From Acanthaster planci (taxonomy: Eukaryota), in assembly GCF_001949145.1 (NCBI RefSeq), contig NW_019091362.1, positions 1,805,838-1,869,837 of the forward strand: a stretch of DNA of 64,000 bases, in the 5' to 3' direction. The position numbers and the translations under genes were made by a program. Position 1 is the first letter of the stretch; every line of letters begins with the position of its first letter. Below are positions 1-14,046 of the stretch, piece by piece. The notes under the pieces are model-generated. The model did not search any database, had not been told where the DNA came from, and worked only from the letters and a program-made list of their open reading frames with translations.

Positions 1-35
1 CATCTTTCAGTGTTAAACACTCCAAAGATTTTTAC

Positions 36-278
36 CTTCGACCGTAATATCAAATGGGCATGTCTTTTTGTTGCCTGCAGAATCGGAGGCTGAACATGTG
101 ACCTCGTTTACTCCAACAGCAAAAGCTGTGCCTGAAACTGGGTCACAGGTTACTTGCACACTGCCGTCCCCAATATCGGTTGCCTTTGGTGTACTGTAGT
201 AAACCGTGGCCGTTGCTGAACCCTCATCTGTGGATTTCTTCATGTTTTTCGGGCAAGTGAACACCGGAGCTTCGTTAT
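36..278 (-). CDS. HYR exon E1 (A-type)
   Basis: cag|...|gtaaa, 243 nt, DNEAPVFTCP...CPFDITVE. Confidence 0.93.
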
Positions 279-398
279 CTGAGCAATTACACATGCACAT
301 GGAAAAATGAAAGGGAGTTAATGCACTGGGATTGTACAAATGATATTTAAAATTTATGGAGAATATTTTGAGAGAAAAGCAACTTGCCCCTTTGTTAA

Positions 399-993
399 CC
401 ACTTGCCTCCGGGCTTCCCGGTACTGAGTACCTTGGGTTTGTATGCATAGCCAGGGGTGCCCAAAATTGGACAAAAGAGCTGGGCCTTGTTACAAAAGAC
501 CATACTTGGAACAAAAGACTGAGCTGCTGGGAATTGCAATCATTTTTCAGCTGGCATTTGTGGAGGTAATCTGTCTTGTTTTGAAACAGTATACCTCTGT
601 TTGCAGCATTCAGCAACCGCGGATTATCAGCGGAGAAAGAAGTGCTCCAGCACTCCAGCGATGAGCAATACTGTACCGCTGCACCCCTATCTGATCCCAT
701 TTGAGACAACAGCGCCATTCAGCAACACGCTGGGCCAATTTTGAGAACAAAGGAAATCATGCAACACCGCACAACCATAGGCTCTCCTTACTGGGCAGCA
801 GGCCTGGCTGTAATACTTCGGCGTCGATGGAGGTTACCTGTCTGATTAGAGTAGCCTTCAGACAATCATTCATGTGGGTGTAAGCATCCAGTAAATGAAG
901 TTATGAATTTTTGAAGACTTTTGAAAATGGAAAATCTTGACAATCGCCTGGGCACTTGTCCTGCATATGCAAATTCCAACCGGCAGGAAGTGG
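399..993. mobile_element. Non-autonomous piggyBac-like MITE, copy 1
   Basis: TTAA at 395-398 and 994-997; termini CCACTTGCCTCCGG / CCGGCAGGAAGTGG; interior similar to copies at 8.5, 26.1 and 63.3 kb. Confidence 0.8.
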
Positions 994-1138
994 TTAAAAT
1001 AGGCTGCCAATTTCACAAATCTGCCGGTCAAATGTTTAATGAACCAATGTAATATTCCAATTGAAATGCACAATGAAAAGAACCTTTCATCTTGAAGATG
1101 AGCGGTTGGAAATGTCAAGGATTGCGGTGACGTCTCAC

Positions 1139-1381
1139 CTGTTACATCGACCACAAACGTGCATGTCTTCTTGTTGTTGGAGCTGTCGGTGGCTGAGCAG
1201 GTGACCGTTGATGTTCCAATGCCAAAAGTGCTTCCTGAGGGTTTTTCGCAATTGACCATCACAGTGCCATCCACATTGTCCTTTGCCATCGGCACGTCAT
1301 AAGTGACTGTGGCATATGCCTTACCAGGGTCAACATTGACTTCAGTCAGAGATGGACATTCAAATTCTGGACTAATCTTAT
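1139..1381 (-). CDS. HYR exon E2
   Basis: tag|...|gtgag, 243 nt, DKISPEFECP...CTFVVDVT. Confidence 0.93.
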
Positions 1382-1589
1382 CTAAAAATACAAAAACAAA
1401 ACAAACAAAACAAAATAATACATAAGAAAATAATAACAAAAACACAACTACTCATATTTCTTCCCGGTACCCACTGCCTAACTGAGTTGAACTGGTCAGT
1501 CAATCTCTGCACTCAGCCAAACTCTTAAATATCCCAACCCTTAGGAGATTAGGACATTAGGAAATATAACAAATTAAAGTTTGCACCCT

Positions 1590-2500
1590 TTACATCATTT
1601 CACCTTGTCTATAACACTTCTTTTCCACCTATCCACCAAATTTCAGCCCAATCAGGCATGGAATTCACAAGATACAGGACTTTTAAAAATGTACCTTGAA
1701 TATCACGTGACTAGTCACATGATAAAGTCATTATTATATCAGGTCAATGACTGCCTAAAGCCCTCCCCTTTCAAGACATCTCCAAGCATTGAACCCAATT
1801 GGACATGTATTCACAAGATATAGTGCTTCAAAGAGTGCATCTTTAATGTCATCATCTTATCAGCTCATTGTCTGAAGCACTCCCCTTCTAGATATCTGCA
1901 AGGTTTGAAACCAATCAGACATGTACTTCACTTTGAGGAATGCACCTTCAATGTCATGTAACATGACCATCTGATGATGTCATGATTGCATGAGGTCAAT
2001 TTCATCTATAACACTTCCCTTTGTAAATATCTGCCAAGTTTCAACCCAACTGGACATGCACTTCATGAGAAATGGTACTTAAAATGATACACCTTTAATG
2101 TCACATGACTCCTCATACAGCATATGAGGTCAATCTCTGTTTCCTTCCCTTCCTGACGTCTGCAAGGCTTCAATGCAATCAGACATGTACAATATAATAT
2201 TTAAATATTCAAAATTTAATCATAAAACACTTGATGACGTCATCAGGACGTAATTATTTTAGTACTATTTTTGCTTTGAGGTCCGTCTTTTATGCAACTT
2301 TGACGATGATCGAACATTGTTAAGTTACCAAAACTGTGCCTTGAAAATGTGTACAAAGTCAATGGGCTGAAATACATAATAAAAAATCAATAATAAATCA
2401 CTTGATGACGTCATCATTATGTCATTGTTCTAGACATATAGACATCTATACACAAGGGTCCTTCACTGATGTAAGTTTGATGAATATCCGAAGCTGATTA
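1590..2500. repeat. Degenerate ~120-150-bp periodic array (AAG/ATTT(C/G)A..CCAAT..GACATG motif)
   Basis: Motif recurs near 1637, 1785, 1900, 2036 and 2165, with weaker copies to ~2490; CACTTGATGACGTCATCA at ~2228 and ~2399. Confidence 0.6.
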
Positions 2501-3490
2501 GGAACCAAGTTGATGCCAGGAAAAACCTGCACATAACAGAGGGGGTTTGGGTCATCATCAGAAGAAGACCAAAAAAAGAAAGAAGGCCTTTTTCGCAACT
2601 TAAGAAAAAGCCACAAATTCAGAAATTTTGACTATCCAGCAGGAGGGTAGGGAGACAATTTAACTTTTTCTCCCCCAGTAACATTATGAATAAGCCTGAA
2701 GCTACAGTCACTTTTGAATCTGTTCCCCCCACATCAAAAGCCGGATACGCTGCTGCCAATAGTCTATAGAAGGTGTACAGATCTAGTTTATTAACGTAAC
2801 TTGTGAAATAAAAACTGACTGCTAAGTTTCAAAGAACACAAGATATCAACATTGCAGTTGTTAAAACATTCATGCTCAATGCTGAAAACTGTATCAAACG
2901 CCAGAGACAGACAGCTTCAACAATCTATAGTAATTAATGTCCAATGAATAAGACACTGTTAACAAATAAGGTTCCTGGAACATAACACAAAGGATCAATA
3001 TTACAAGTTTGATGCTAAAAGTTTGAGTAACGACTACCATCATAAATCCAACAAGGTCCAACTATTTGTCACTGCTGCTGGATCCTACTGGATTGGGCGG
3101 TAAACTCCTTTCACTTGTTCCTCTTGAAATCAGTTAGATTTAGCAGTGAACAAGCCGTAAAACTTGGCTGGGCAGTTGAAATGTGTTTTTTGTTGGAATC
3201 AGCAAGAAACTGAAAAATACACAGTTGGATTCTGCTGGATTGGCATATCATTTTACAAGTTACCGTCACTGGCCCGGCAACTCAGAGAGTTGGACTGAGC
3301 TCAGTTGAGTAGGAAATTCATTCAAGGGGGCTTGTCCACAAGGCCGTTTTTTAAATGCAATCATTGCATTTTAGACAAGCCTCAGCAATCTGCAAAACCT
3401 TGGACTGCTTCTTCCTCCGATCCTCAGCATTTCAAAGCAACTGACCAACAAAGTACTTTATCGTTATTTCAACAAACCCAACAAGGTTAC

Positions 3491-3733
3491 CTTTAATGAC
3501 GACAGGGAACTCGCAAGTCTCCTCGATGTTAGAGGTATCAGTTGCAGTGCATTTGACCATAATTCTTCCAACACCAAGTGCCGTGCCGGATTCCGGGGTG
3601 CAGGTAACTTTTACGGTGCCATCAACATTATCAGTTGCAATTGGTAAAGTGTAGGACACTACTGCAGTTGACTGGTCGGCATTAATGAACAAATCCATGG
3701 GTATCGGGCACTCGAACTTTGGCCCCTCATTAT
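3491..3733 (-). CDS. HYR exon E3 (A-type)
   Basis: cag|...|gtaac, 243 nt, DNEGPKFECP...CEFPVVIK. Confidence 0.93.
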
Positions 3734-4266
3734 CTGAACAAACAGAATATTAAAGATATCTGTCAAAACACTTGCTCACCATGGGAAAATGAGTGTCAGG
3801 AGGGGGTTACATCATGAATCTTACAGTGCTGGCATTTGCACACTGTAGCTATGCGCATCTGGCTATAGAAGCTTCATGGATCTCCAGAATTTTCGCACGG
3901 TTAAAATGCCTTTTCATATGTACCGTTTTTGGGTGCATTGCATATACAATGTGTCCATATTCACTATCACAGACAGACTATCATAGACAAAAATCTACTC
4001 CAAAATCGATTAGCCATCCAAATCACCCCAGGAGTGAATGTGAAGGATATGCAACACTTGCTACAAGTGTTGGGGCTCATATGGATAGGTGCCTGTATGG
4101 GTTTACCGTAACAGATGCCTGTAAAAATCTGAATTTTTTTTCCAAGAAGGCTGCACGGATAATGCATGGGGGCCAGCTAACAATGTCCCAGCAAACTTTG
4201 TTATGTCCGCAGACATGAATTCAACTGAGCAAAAACAATGAAAGGACACAACGACCCAAATCTTAC

Positions 4267-4512
4267 CACGGACATTAACAGGGAAGGAACATGACTTGGA
4301 ATTTCCAGCAGAGTCAGTGGCGGAACAGGTGACATTCCGTTGGCCGATTGGAAACTCCGACCCAGGGGGATCCATGCAGTTGACCTGTATGTTTGTATCC
4401 ACATTATCGGTCCCTTCCGGTAAAACGTAGTCGACAGTGGCATACGACTGACCCGAATCAACCGTTTCATCTGGCATGGGCAGGGGACATTCAAACTCTG
4501 GGGCCTCCTCAT
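4267..4512 (-). CDS. HYR exon E4 (B-type)
   Basis: cag|...|gtaag, 246 nt, DEEAPEFECP...CSFPVNVR. Confidence 0.93.
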
Positions 4513-4983
4513 CTGTAAACAAATGAGGAAAGAACCAGAAGAAATTGGTCGCCTTCCGTCTCTGCAAAAAGGTTTGCCTCTACACAAAGACATCAAGCAC
4601 TGCATTTTGAATTCTGTTCTGCCTAAGAAGCTCTTCAGTTTTGCATGAACATGTTCACAATGCCGTCTTTCTAATTTTAATTAACCTTTATACCTGAAGG
4701 TCAAGAACAACACAGATAGGAGACGGCTTACTCTTTCCAAATATTACAAAACCCTGAAAATTGACCTCCGCTTCAATGTGACTTTGAACCCTCAAAATAA
4801 GAAAGATCGAGACGCGACTTTACTCTCATTTTGTCTGAACAGGTCATAATTGATTTTTACCATCTCTCTAGAAGCATGTGGGTTTCTTTTTTGACCGGGA
4901 AACACATGACGGAGAAGTAATGATACACGAAACAAAAGAGGTGCAGCAACAAATTACAAAAATAAAGAAACTCAAACGTTTAC

Positions 4984-5226
4984 CTTTCACTACTCTGTTG
5001 AATGGGCACGTCTTTATGTTGCCTGAGGAATCCTGGGCTGAACATGTGACCACGTGTTCTCCAATACCGAGCGGTGTGCCGGGCTTTGGGGAACAGGTTA
5101 CCTTTACACTACCGTCCACATTATCAGTAGCTTTGGGTGTGGTGTAAGTCAGTGAATAAGTGGGTGCACCCTTGTTGGTAGGAACATCCATATCAATTGG
5201 ACAATCAAACTCCGGCTTCTCCTTGT
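4984..5226 (-). CDS. HYR exon E5 (A-type)
   Basis: tag|...|gtaaa, 243 nt, DKEKPEFDCP...CPFNRVVK. Confidence 0.93.
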
Positions 5227-7047
5227 CTACACAAACCAAGTAGGAAACAAAAGAGCTTTTCGCACATTGCGTACACAAACCAAAGGCATTCTGCCATGTT
5301 ATTCATCTAATATAGATGTTACAGAGGCTAATGTGTCCACATTGGAACAAGAAACACTAAAATGGAGCTGGACAGGGTTTTTGAATTCTTCAATGGTGTT
5401 TTGGTAACCAGAATTTTCTTCTTGACCATTAGCAGACAGTGCTGTTCTGCATCACAACTGTCCAGGGCGTGGTGTGATTTTCACCCAAAATAGCAGCTTT
5501 TTAGAATAAGATACCACAACCATAGTCCTTAAAATGTTGGATGTCACAAATGTGGACCCTTGGTGGTCATCTGTTAAAGATTTGTCCTGTGTTTATTTTT
5601 CAAAAGCTCTGAGAATATGCCGCAGAGCAGTACCTGCTACAACACAAACACAGAGATGCTCAAGCTTCCATGGACTACCGTAAGCGTCTGCAGGTGCATA
5701 AACTTATAGGACTTCACCCCAGTATGAGGACAAGTAGCCAGACATCAAGTGGTACCAATTCCAGAATTCACAAGACTTCACTGAAACATCCTCTGTGTTA
5801 TGACACAGGGAATCCCTGCATTATGACCCACCATCAAGTATGGTTGAGCAAGCCTTGCAAATGTCAAAAAAGGAAACCCCAAACCCAGATAGGAATCTTA
5901 TCCAGCACATGTATCGTTGTAGCTCTTCATCTATTTCGTGAATATTTCTGGAAAACGCTGGTCATGTTTTTCTTCATAATAATTGTTGTCTTATTATACC
6001 TGCATTATACAAATGAGACTTATTAACCCTCCTTTTGCTGTAACCGTCAAAAAAGTAAAAAAATGCTTCCACTTGATTTCCCCCAGTACACAGACACATA
6101 TGGGAAATTTGACTTGATTTGACTGATAGGACAACTGTGTCAAGAATATGTCTTTGCATAGGAGGGTTAATCACATTGATATCCTGATATTTTAGGCAAT
6201 TTCAAAAACTCTAATATGTATGAAGTACGGTTGCATTTTGTTTTCTTATTTGGTATTAACTCACCTGCAAAAGTAGAGCTTAAAATTTCAGTTAAGTGTA
6301 ATGATTTTTTTCCTCAACATACAGCATCACCCTAAAGCACAGTCCTTTCTTGAATGGGCGCTTTAGAAGTCTTATCTATTATTAAGGGAATCAAGATGTG
6401 CTTGGCTGGTCTTAAATGTGAGTTTAAGACTGGCTCAGGAGATTGGACATGACTAATTGTGGCCAAGCATATGTTCCCATTCATATAGCTTTTAATCAGC
6501 GAGTCAAATCAAGTCAATTTATGATGGATTTCCAACAATTTTGTTCCAGAATTTTACTTATATTTTTCCCGTCACCCCATCCAATTTATGGTATATCCCT
6601 TGCGCAAGAATCTCCTTATCTAGACTTGGAGCTCGTGTGCCAAGCAGAATGCACAGAGACTCTTGACCAATCAGAATCAATGAAACCCTATGGTAGCCAG
6701 GTGCCAGCATGTGATTAATGCAGTGGGCATTATCACTTCTCAGCGGGTATTATCAAATGTTAATACATGGTCAAGCTGCACGCTATTGACTAGGGAGAGT
6801 GTCTGGGGTATTTATGAATACTTGTTGAGGCTTCTTTACACTTTAGGCAAACAGAAAACCAAGGGAATTCAATGTCACGAAACCTGTGCATCGAAATTTG
6901 CTGGAGTTGAAACGTGTTGGACTTTTGTGAATCCTCACTTATTCAACCTGATGCAAGAAATATCCCATTTGTGTTTGCATTTGAGCCAAGTACAGTGCAT
7001 TTATTTAGCACGAATCGACCACTGAATTTGTCGAGACAACATCTTAC

Positions 7048-7293
7048 CCTTAACTTCCACGGAGAAACTACAGTCGGCCGAATTGCCCGCCTTGTCGGTA
7101 GCAGTACAAACCACGTCAACTTCTCCAACGGAGAACGTAGAGCCTGAGACTTTTGTGCAAACCACTTGTACATCAGCATCGACATTGTCAGACACCTCCA
7201 GCACAGAGTAGTTGACTGTAGCGGAAGCCTGCCCAACATTGGTGCTTAGGTTGTTCATATCTTCTGGACATTTTAACTTTGGATCTTCCTTGT
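7048..7293 (-). CDS. HYR exon E6 (B-type)
   Basis: tag|...|gtaag, 246 nt, DKEDPKLKCP...CSFSVEVK. Confidence 0.93.
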
Positions 7294-8458
7294 CTAAAAG
7301 CAAACCAGCACAATCCACACATTAAAAAATTAAACCAGTGTAACTTTCTTTGGGCCCTCAGTAGACACGAAAAATAAATGGAGTGAGACGCCAGGAAAAA
7401 AGATAGAATGCCAACAAAAGTTACTTAACAGAGGGCTCCCTCCCAAGTCAAGAGATAGTGGGGAGTTACAACAAAAGAGACTTTTGGTGGAGGCAAAAAT
7501 ACATGTCCTTTTTTGCTCTTTGAATCATCTACGAGCTTACATCTTCAAGTTCAAAACAATAATACACTAGTCATGTGATGTAAGACTTGTGGGATTACCA
7601 CCACCAATTGTCCCTCAAGTGCTTCACTGATCTGCCAATGAGAGATTGCAGATTGACCTCAAAAAGTGGATATCCACATCACCCACTTCCTCTTTTTTTT
7701 TTTACTGTGATTAAATAAAAGAAAAAACCCCAAAAGACCTATTATTTTATTTAGCAAAGTATTTACAAACTAGGGGCCAGGAGACACTTGGGAATTGTTC
7801 AGTTTTAGCGTAGAAAGAAAACCCTGGATATTTTTCTAGGAAATACCCACTGAATCAGGAGGAGACTTTTGAACAAACACATGCAGTGAGGTCTATATCA
7901 TCAGATAATAAGTACTGAATGGACAAAGTCTGTATTCAGCTGTCACCTTTAAAGAAAGGATACAGATCCCGCTGTGACAGTCACTGGCCTCTTGTGGATC
8001 CAAGATGGGAGGGGGCCCTCCCATTTGTTTTGTCTATTTCATTTACTTTCCTTCCAAAGGCATGCCAAAAAAGGCCAAAAAATGTAGCCCCAGCCTTCAA
8101 GAAGGTCATGAAAGGTTACTTAAAACTTCCCAATTTTTCTGCTCTTAGGGCAATAGTTTTTTAAAGTTGATGCTTGGATCTGCTGACCTTCCGGATTCAG
8201 AATTGAAAAAGAAAATTCATTTTGCGAAGTCTCAGATCTGCCGACCAACAATTTACACATAAAAGTGTTTAGAAAAACATTTTTGGATATGCTATCTGAC
8301 TGACAGCGAAGGCCCCGGTCCTAAGCTGCTACTGGTAAGGGATACCACTTTTTTCCCTTGTGTTTGAAAATGGTTTTTAGAAATTAATTTGGGGGTATTC
8401 TCTTTACTGAAATGTTCAAATTTTTTTAGACATCCAGACATACGATATGAGGGATTAA

Positions 8459-9416
8459 CCACTTGCTGCCGGGGAACCCTCTTTCGAGCACGATGGTTTT
8501 ATATGCAGAGCTGGGGTGCTCAAAATGGGACAAAAGAGCTGGTCCGTGTAACAAAAGACCCTACTCGGAACAAAAAACCTGCTGCTGGGAATTGCCAGCA
8601 TTTTTCGTCTTGCATTTCTCGAAGGTAATCCATCACTGTTTTTGAACAGTATTTCACTGTTTTGGGCATAGCACACAGCGGATTATCACTGTGGACAAAA
8701 GTGCTCCAGGGCCCCATTGCTGAGCAAGACAGCACCGCTACATGATAATCCAGCCGCGTTTGAAAAGATGCCACTCGCATTCACTGGGGACAAAGGAAAT
8801 GACACAACACCTCACAATTCTGGGTTCTCTTTGCAAGGCAGCAGGCCTGGCTGAAATATTAAGGAGTCAGTGAAGGTTATCTGTCAGCTTAGAGTAGCCA
8901 TCAAACAGTCATACGTGAGGGTGTAAACATGAAATGATGAATTTTTAAGAATTTTAAAAACTGAAAATCTTTTTTTCGCTCTCAATAGTGGAGATAATCC
9001 AGCCTTGTTTTGAAACAGTGTACCACGGTTTGAAGCATTTAGAGCGAGCGGATTACCACGGGGACAAAAGCTCTCAACCACCGCAGCGATGAGCCACACA
9101 GCACCGCTGCACGCTAATCTGGCCCCTATTGAAAAGAGGTCAGCAGTGCACTGTGCTGGTTTCCCGAACAAAAGAATCTCATGTAACACCGCACAATCTG
9201 TGCTCTTTTTCCAAGGCTGCAGGCCTGGTTGAAATATTCAGGAGTCAATGAATTTTACCTGTCAGCTTTAGAGTAGTGCCCAAAGAGTCCTTAATTTTGG
9301 TATAAATGGCCATTAAATGAAATGATGAATTTGTGAAGAATTTTGAAAATGGAAAATCTTGAAAAATGACCTGGCATCTTGTCTTGCTCAAGAAAAATCC
9401 ACCCGGCAGCAAGTAG
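8459..9416. mobile_element. piggyBac-like MITE, copy 2, with internal tandem duplication
   Basis: TTAA-CCACTTGCTGCCGGG ... CCCGGCAGCAAGTAG-CTAA; the block from TTTTGAA(A)CAGT to ATGATGAATTT..GAAAATCTT occurs twice (~8640-8970 and ~9008-9360). Confidence 0.8.
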
Positions 9417-9525
9417 CTAAAAGCACCTGGTAGCACATGGTTAAGGAAGAAAAAAAATCTAACAGCAGCTTCAATGTTGGTTAACTCTCAACTTAAAATC
9501 CGACTCAAACTCTGGGATATTTTAC

Positions 9526-9768
9526 CTTCAACAGTGATAGTAAATGGGCAGGTCCTGGTGTTGCCAGCTGAATCAGTGGCCGAGCATGTGACAGTAGTTT
9601 TGCTAACATCAAATGCTGTGCCTGATCCTGGAGTGCAGGTAACCAGGACACTTTCACCTGAATTGTCCAGTGCCGTCGGAACTGTGTAGGTAATGTTGGC
9701 TGTTGACTGGCCAGCGTCCGTAGATTTCGTCATGGACATGGGGCACTTGAAATTAGGTTCTTCGTCAT
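9526..9768 (-). CDS. HYR exon E7 (A-type)
   Basis: cag|...|gtaaa, 243 nt, DDEEPNFKCP...CPFTITVE. Confidence 0.93.
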
Positions 9769-10491
9769 CTGAGCCAAACCACAGAAAAAAAAGGCCATAG
9801 AAAAACCATGACACAAGCTCTTCATAAAAAACGAGCCATGGAAAAGAACATTTTCTGAGTAATTCGTTCAGTTTGGATGTCAACTACACTTCAGCAGAAA
9901 TGTGACGTGGGAATAAAGCACTTAAAGGGACGTTGGTCAAGTGGACTTTGGTAATAACGGGACCATGGCAAACACAAGTTTGTAACCTCAGCACAAAGGC
10001 CAAACAAACACCGTAGAGTTCCATCAGTTCCAACAGTGTGAATAGCTACTTAGGATATGAATGTTTGCCCAAAGGTATGTTTCCATACACATGTATGTCT
10101 TCAGTGTGTCTCATGTCTGTACACTTGAGTTACGGCAAATGCCTGGCAAAATTGTCAGGAGTGGCATAAAACTATTGGACATGCACGTGGAAAGAACCAA
10201 CAAAACTTCACGAGGAAACATACCGTGACACTCTTTTGGCTTGATATTTCTTGCCTTCATTGGGGTTCAATTAATTCATTAATCAAACCAGGATGTGATG
10301 AAAACAATAGCTTTAGTGATCCATTCCTTACAATAACAGAAAGTAATGTATTCGAATTGGCTCTGCGCATAGCGTAACAACCACATGCGATATGTAACTT
10401 TGTGATGTAACTGACAAACATGATGCTTCTGGTTCTTAAAAAAGGCATGACACCTGTAAGTTTTAAAAAACAGCTGTGCTAAACTTCTTAC

Positions 10492-10737
10492 CCTTCACTT
10501 CAATGGAGAACTTGCAGTTCTTTGTGTTTTTGGATTTGTCAGTGGCAATACAAGAAACGTTTGTCTTTCCTATAGTAAACTTGGAGCCTGACTCTTGGGC
10601 ACAGTAGGCAACGATGTCAGAGTCCACATTGTCAGTGACTTTGGGGAGAGTGTAGTCCACAGTGGCGTATGGCTGACCAGCATCAGTGGGTATGTCAGTC
10701 ATAGGCAGCGGGCACTCAAATTCTGGATCCTCTTCGT
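10492..10737 (-). CDS. HYR exon E8 (B-type)
   Basis: cag|...|gtaag, 246 nt, DEEDPEFECP...CKFSIEVK. Confidence 0.93.
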
Positions 10738-12019
10738 CTGTATTCGAGATGAGGGTAAAATGCTAAGGGAAGGGTATCAGTGCATTAGCCCCCTAGGTAG
10801 ACAGCCTGACGTCTCATGTAGACCACATACCAAATGGGTTAACCCTCTCAATATATTTTGCTTCCCCCCCTTTAGATGTTTGGTACTGTACTGCATCCAA
10901 TTAGATAAACCATGGAGGAAGGACACAGGAGTTAAAAATCTGGCAATTCAATGTGCTCAAAGATTTTCGCTGCCCAGTAAAAAGAATAGAAAACAACCCC
11001 CACAATGCCCGGTCACTTCCTGCAGCTTTGCCAGATAAATGGTGTCAGTAATATCCTTGCGATACTTGTGGTGTTTTTGTTCATAATCATCTACAATTTT
11101 TCACTGTGACCAGGAAATAGAGACGGAAAAATCCTAACGTTAGACCTACTTTTGCCATTGTGAATAAACTTTACAATATTGATGCACTGTTCTATTAACC
11201 GTGAAATGTTTGTAATTTAATTTTTGTCCTTCCAAAACATCAGTTTGAAAGGCAGGGTCTGAATTTGGCTGAGACTGGCCAACATATTGACCACTACTGG
11301 AAAGCTACATGCAAGTTCATTATGAATGAAATGCACTATTTCATCACAAGGAGTGATCATGAGATCTCATAAAATACACCTTTGAATAAATGCTGTAAGA
11401 AAAATGAATTAAGCACAAAATCTTATAAACAAGTTGGTTATGTATTCCCAAAATAAGTCCAGAAGAAAACATTTGAGAAGGGCAGTAACTGCACATGAAC
11501 ATTAAATTTGACATTGTTGTGAAATCATATCAGGCACCAACAAAGACATGAATATGCAATTTCCTTAATTTCAGTACACATACTTTCAATGATGCAGATT
11601 ACAAGTGCAAATTGTGGCAGTGATCATAGGATACAAAGGGGTCTCAGGGTTGCAAAACAGAGGTGCGTAGCAAGTGCTAGCTGTGCTCTGGCTATGGAGA
11701 TATCACACATGCCAGAAAGTGGTCATTGGCCAAATGTTATAGCCCAGGCAGTTCAAACTCTTGAGTCCTTCCTGCGTGGATAAGCCGTGATGTTATCAAC
11801 CCTGATAAGTTGCTTTTAAAAAGCTAGATTTTAGTGCAACCAATTTTCAATGAGTGGGCATCTGCATGACCACAATTTTAGTTTACTTATAGAGAGTCAC
11901 GGTTGTAAATCAACATTTTTCGTGACATTTTTATTTTAATGAATTGGCAAATTAGTCTTTCTGAAGCCAGGAAGGTTTTGTTAACATGGAGCAACTGAGC
12001 ACATTACTATGTTGCCCTC

Positions 12020-12190
12020 CAAGCCCAATAGGGTACCAGTCCATTGCGGGCCACTAGTACCTCTTTACATTTCTGGTGTGGAGCAAGGTCAGGGTAAATT
12101 GATTTGCCAAAGGCCACAAATTATGACACCCAGCTGGATTTCAACCCCCGACTCTCTGATCGTGGGTCACCAACTCTCACCACTAGGCCA
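12020..12190 (-). mobile_element. tRNA-derived SINE fragment
   Basis: Minus strand TGGCCTAGTGGT (A-box) ... GGGGGTTGAAATCC (B-box-like), followed by a core-like segment; a similar relic lies near 41070-41180. Confidence 0.45.
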
Positions 12191-12340
12191 TATTCACCTC
12201 TTTTATTCTAAATAGCAGTTTCCCGTATTATGGAATTTCAGAAGTGCACCTCCCAGGAAAAAAAAAATTGGTAAATAGCCTAAAGGCTGTTTCATTTACC
12301 AAGTTGGTGAAGCCTAACACAGAAAGTAATTTTTTTTCAC

Positions 12341-12583
12341 CTGTGACTGTAATGTTGAATGCACATTTCTTCTGGTTGCCAGCGTTATCGACGGCAGAGC
12401 ACATGACAACGGTCAGTCCAACTCCCAGTGCTGTGCCCGATGATGGATTACAGGTCACTGGCACCTCCTTATCCACATTATCAATAGCAGTCAGTACAGG
12501 GTACGTCACTAAAGCAGTTGGTGCACCCTTATCCGTGGGCTCGGACATAGGAAGTGGACAATCAAACACCGGCTCTTCGTCAT
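12341..12583 (-). CDS. HYR exon E9 (A-type)
   Basis: tag|...|gtgaa, 243 nt, DDEEPVFDCP...CAFNITVT. Confidence 0.93.
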
Positions 12584-13800
12584 CTAAATTGAAAATTTCA
12601 CCGACAGCATTTCTAAAAAACTCAAACACTACCCACTTTAAAATGTCACAGTAAAATCGCTATAACTCGAACTCCACAGTAACAGATGAAACAATTTGAG
12701 TATATTGAATTTTGAGCCAATGAAAATTCCAGGAAATCATAAATACACACAGAGCTGCTGTGCAGTCTATTGGGAATGAAAGTGGCAATGCTTTGACCAT
12801 TATTTTCTGTCTAGTAGTGCACAGTTTGCTCAGAAATCATCGCTTTACTGATATTTTAAAATTCTTTTGAACTGATAAACGACAAAGCTTGAAAACATTG
12901 TGCCTTCTTAAGACCTTCTTAAGCTTGTGGCAAGGCTGTTGTGCCATTTGGTCTATCATGTGAACAGAGCGATGTGCGGTGCACACTCAGGATTTGTTTT
13001 CATTTGAGTGATCACACAACCTCTCCTGTTGCTGTTACACGGGGACTGCAGAGTCAGTGATTGGACTGGCTATGTACGTGGTGCAACTGGGTCCACAGTG
13101 GCCATCAGGGTAGCCAGAAAGCCACGTCTTGTTGCGGTTTGGGAACTTCACTTAGTTCACGGACTAGTTGTAATCCCTAGCAACCAACCAGAGCTGAGCT
13201 CCAATGGCTTATTTACAAGGTATCACAATGGTTAATCGTTGTGCTAATTTTCCCTGATATCTGCAGGTGCCACCGCGAGTTTGCAAAGTTTGGTGGTGGA
13301 CGTGGAGTTCGTGTACCTAAATGAGTCACACAAAGTTCGCCTGCGCGCCAATCCAACCCTCTCAGCTCAGGCCTATTTTCTGAAGAAAGTTGACCTGGTT
13401 ACTGGTTGGCTTCTGCAGCACGCATACACATACTGTCCATCCAATGTGACAAGAGGATGTGTGCTTTGTAGTACTCACTCATAATCCAAGTCTTACGTTC
13501 CTTTATACGCTTTTTGAAGAGTTTCGGCAGCAGTTACTTTGCATCAGTGATAGCAACACTGTGGATTTGATGGTGTGGGCATTTCGAGTTACAGAAGTAT
13601 TTTTGCTCATTAGCAAAATGACTCATAAGTAAAATTTCCAAAATTTTGGAGAAATTCTAGTTTTGAATATGAGTTTTTCTCCTCAGAAAGTATCTCTGAT
13701 TCATGTTTGCATAGTTCCAATGCGGAAATCAAACCCAGATTAAAATAAATTTTTCAAAGACTTAGTGTTGGCCCATATCCTTCATCAGACGAAAACCCAC

Positions 13801-14046
13801 CTATAACATCAACACGGAAAGTGCATGTCTTGGAGTTGCCGTACTTGTCCAAAGCAGTGCATGAAACAACTGTCTCGCCAAGTGGGAACGTGGAGCCAGA
13901 TGTTTTGTTGCAGGAAACATTGGGGCTAGGGTCAGCGTTGTCTGTGGCAACTTGTAGAGTGTATGAAACTGTGGCGTAGGATTGGCCCGCATCAACTGAA
14001 ACATCGCTCATGGTGATTGGACAGTTGAACACGGGTTCTTCCTTAT
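13801..14046 (-). CDS. HYR exon E10
   Basis: cag|...|gtggg, 246 nt, DKEEPVFNCP...CTFRVDVI. Confidence 0.92.
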
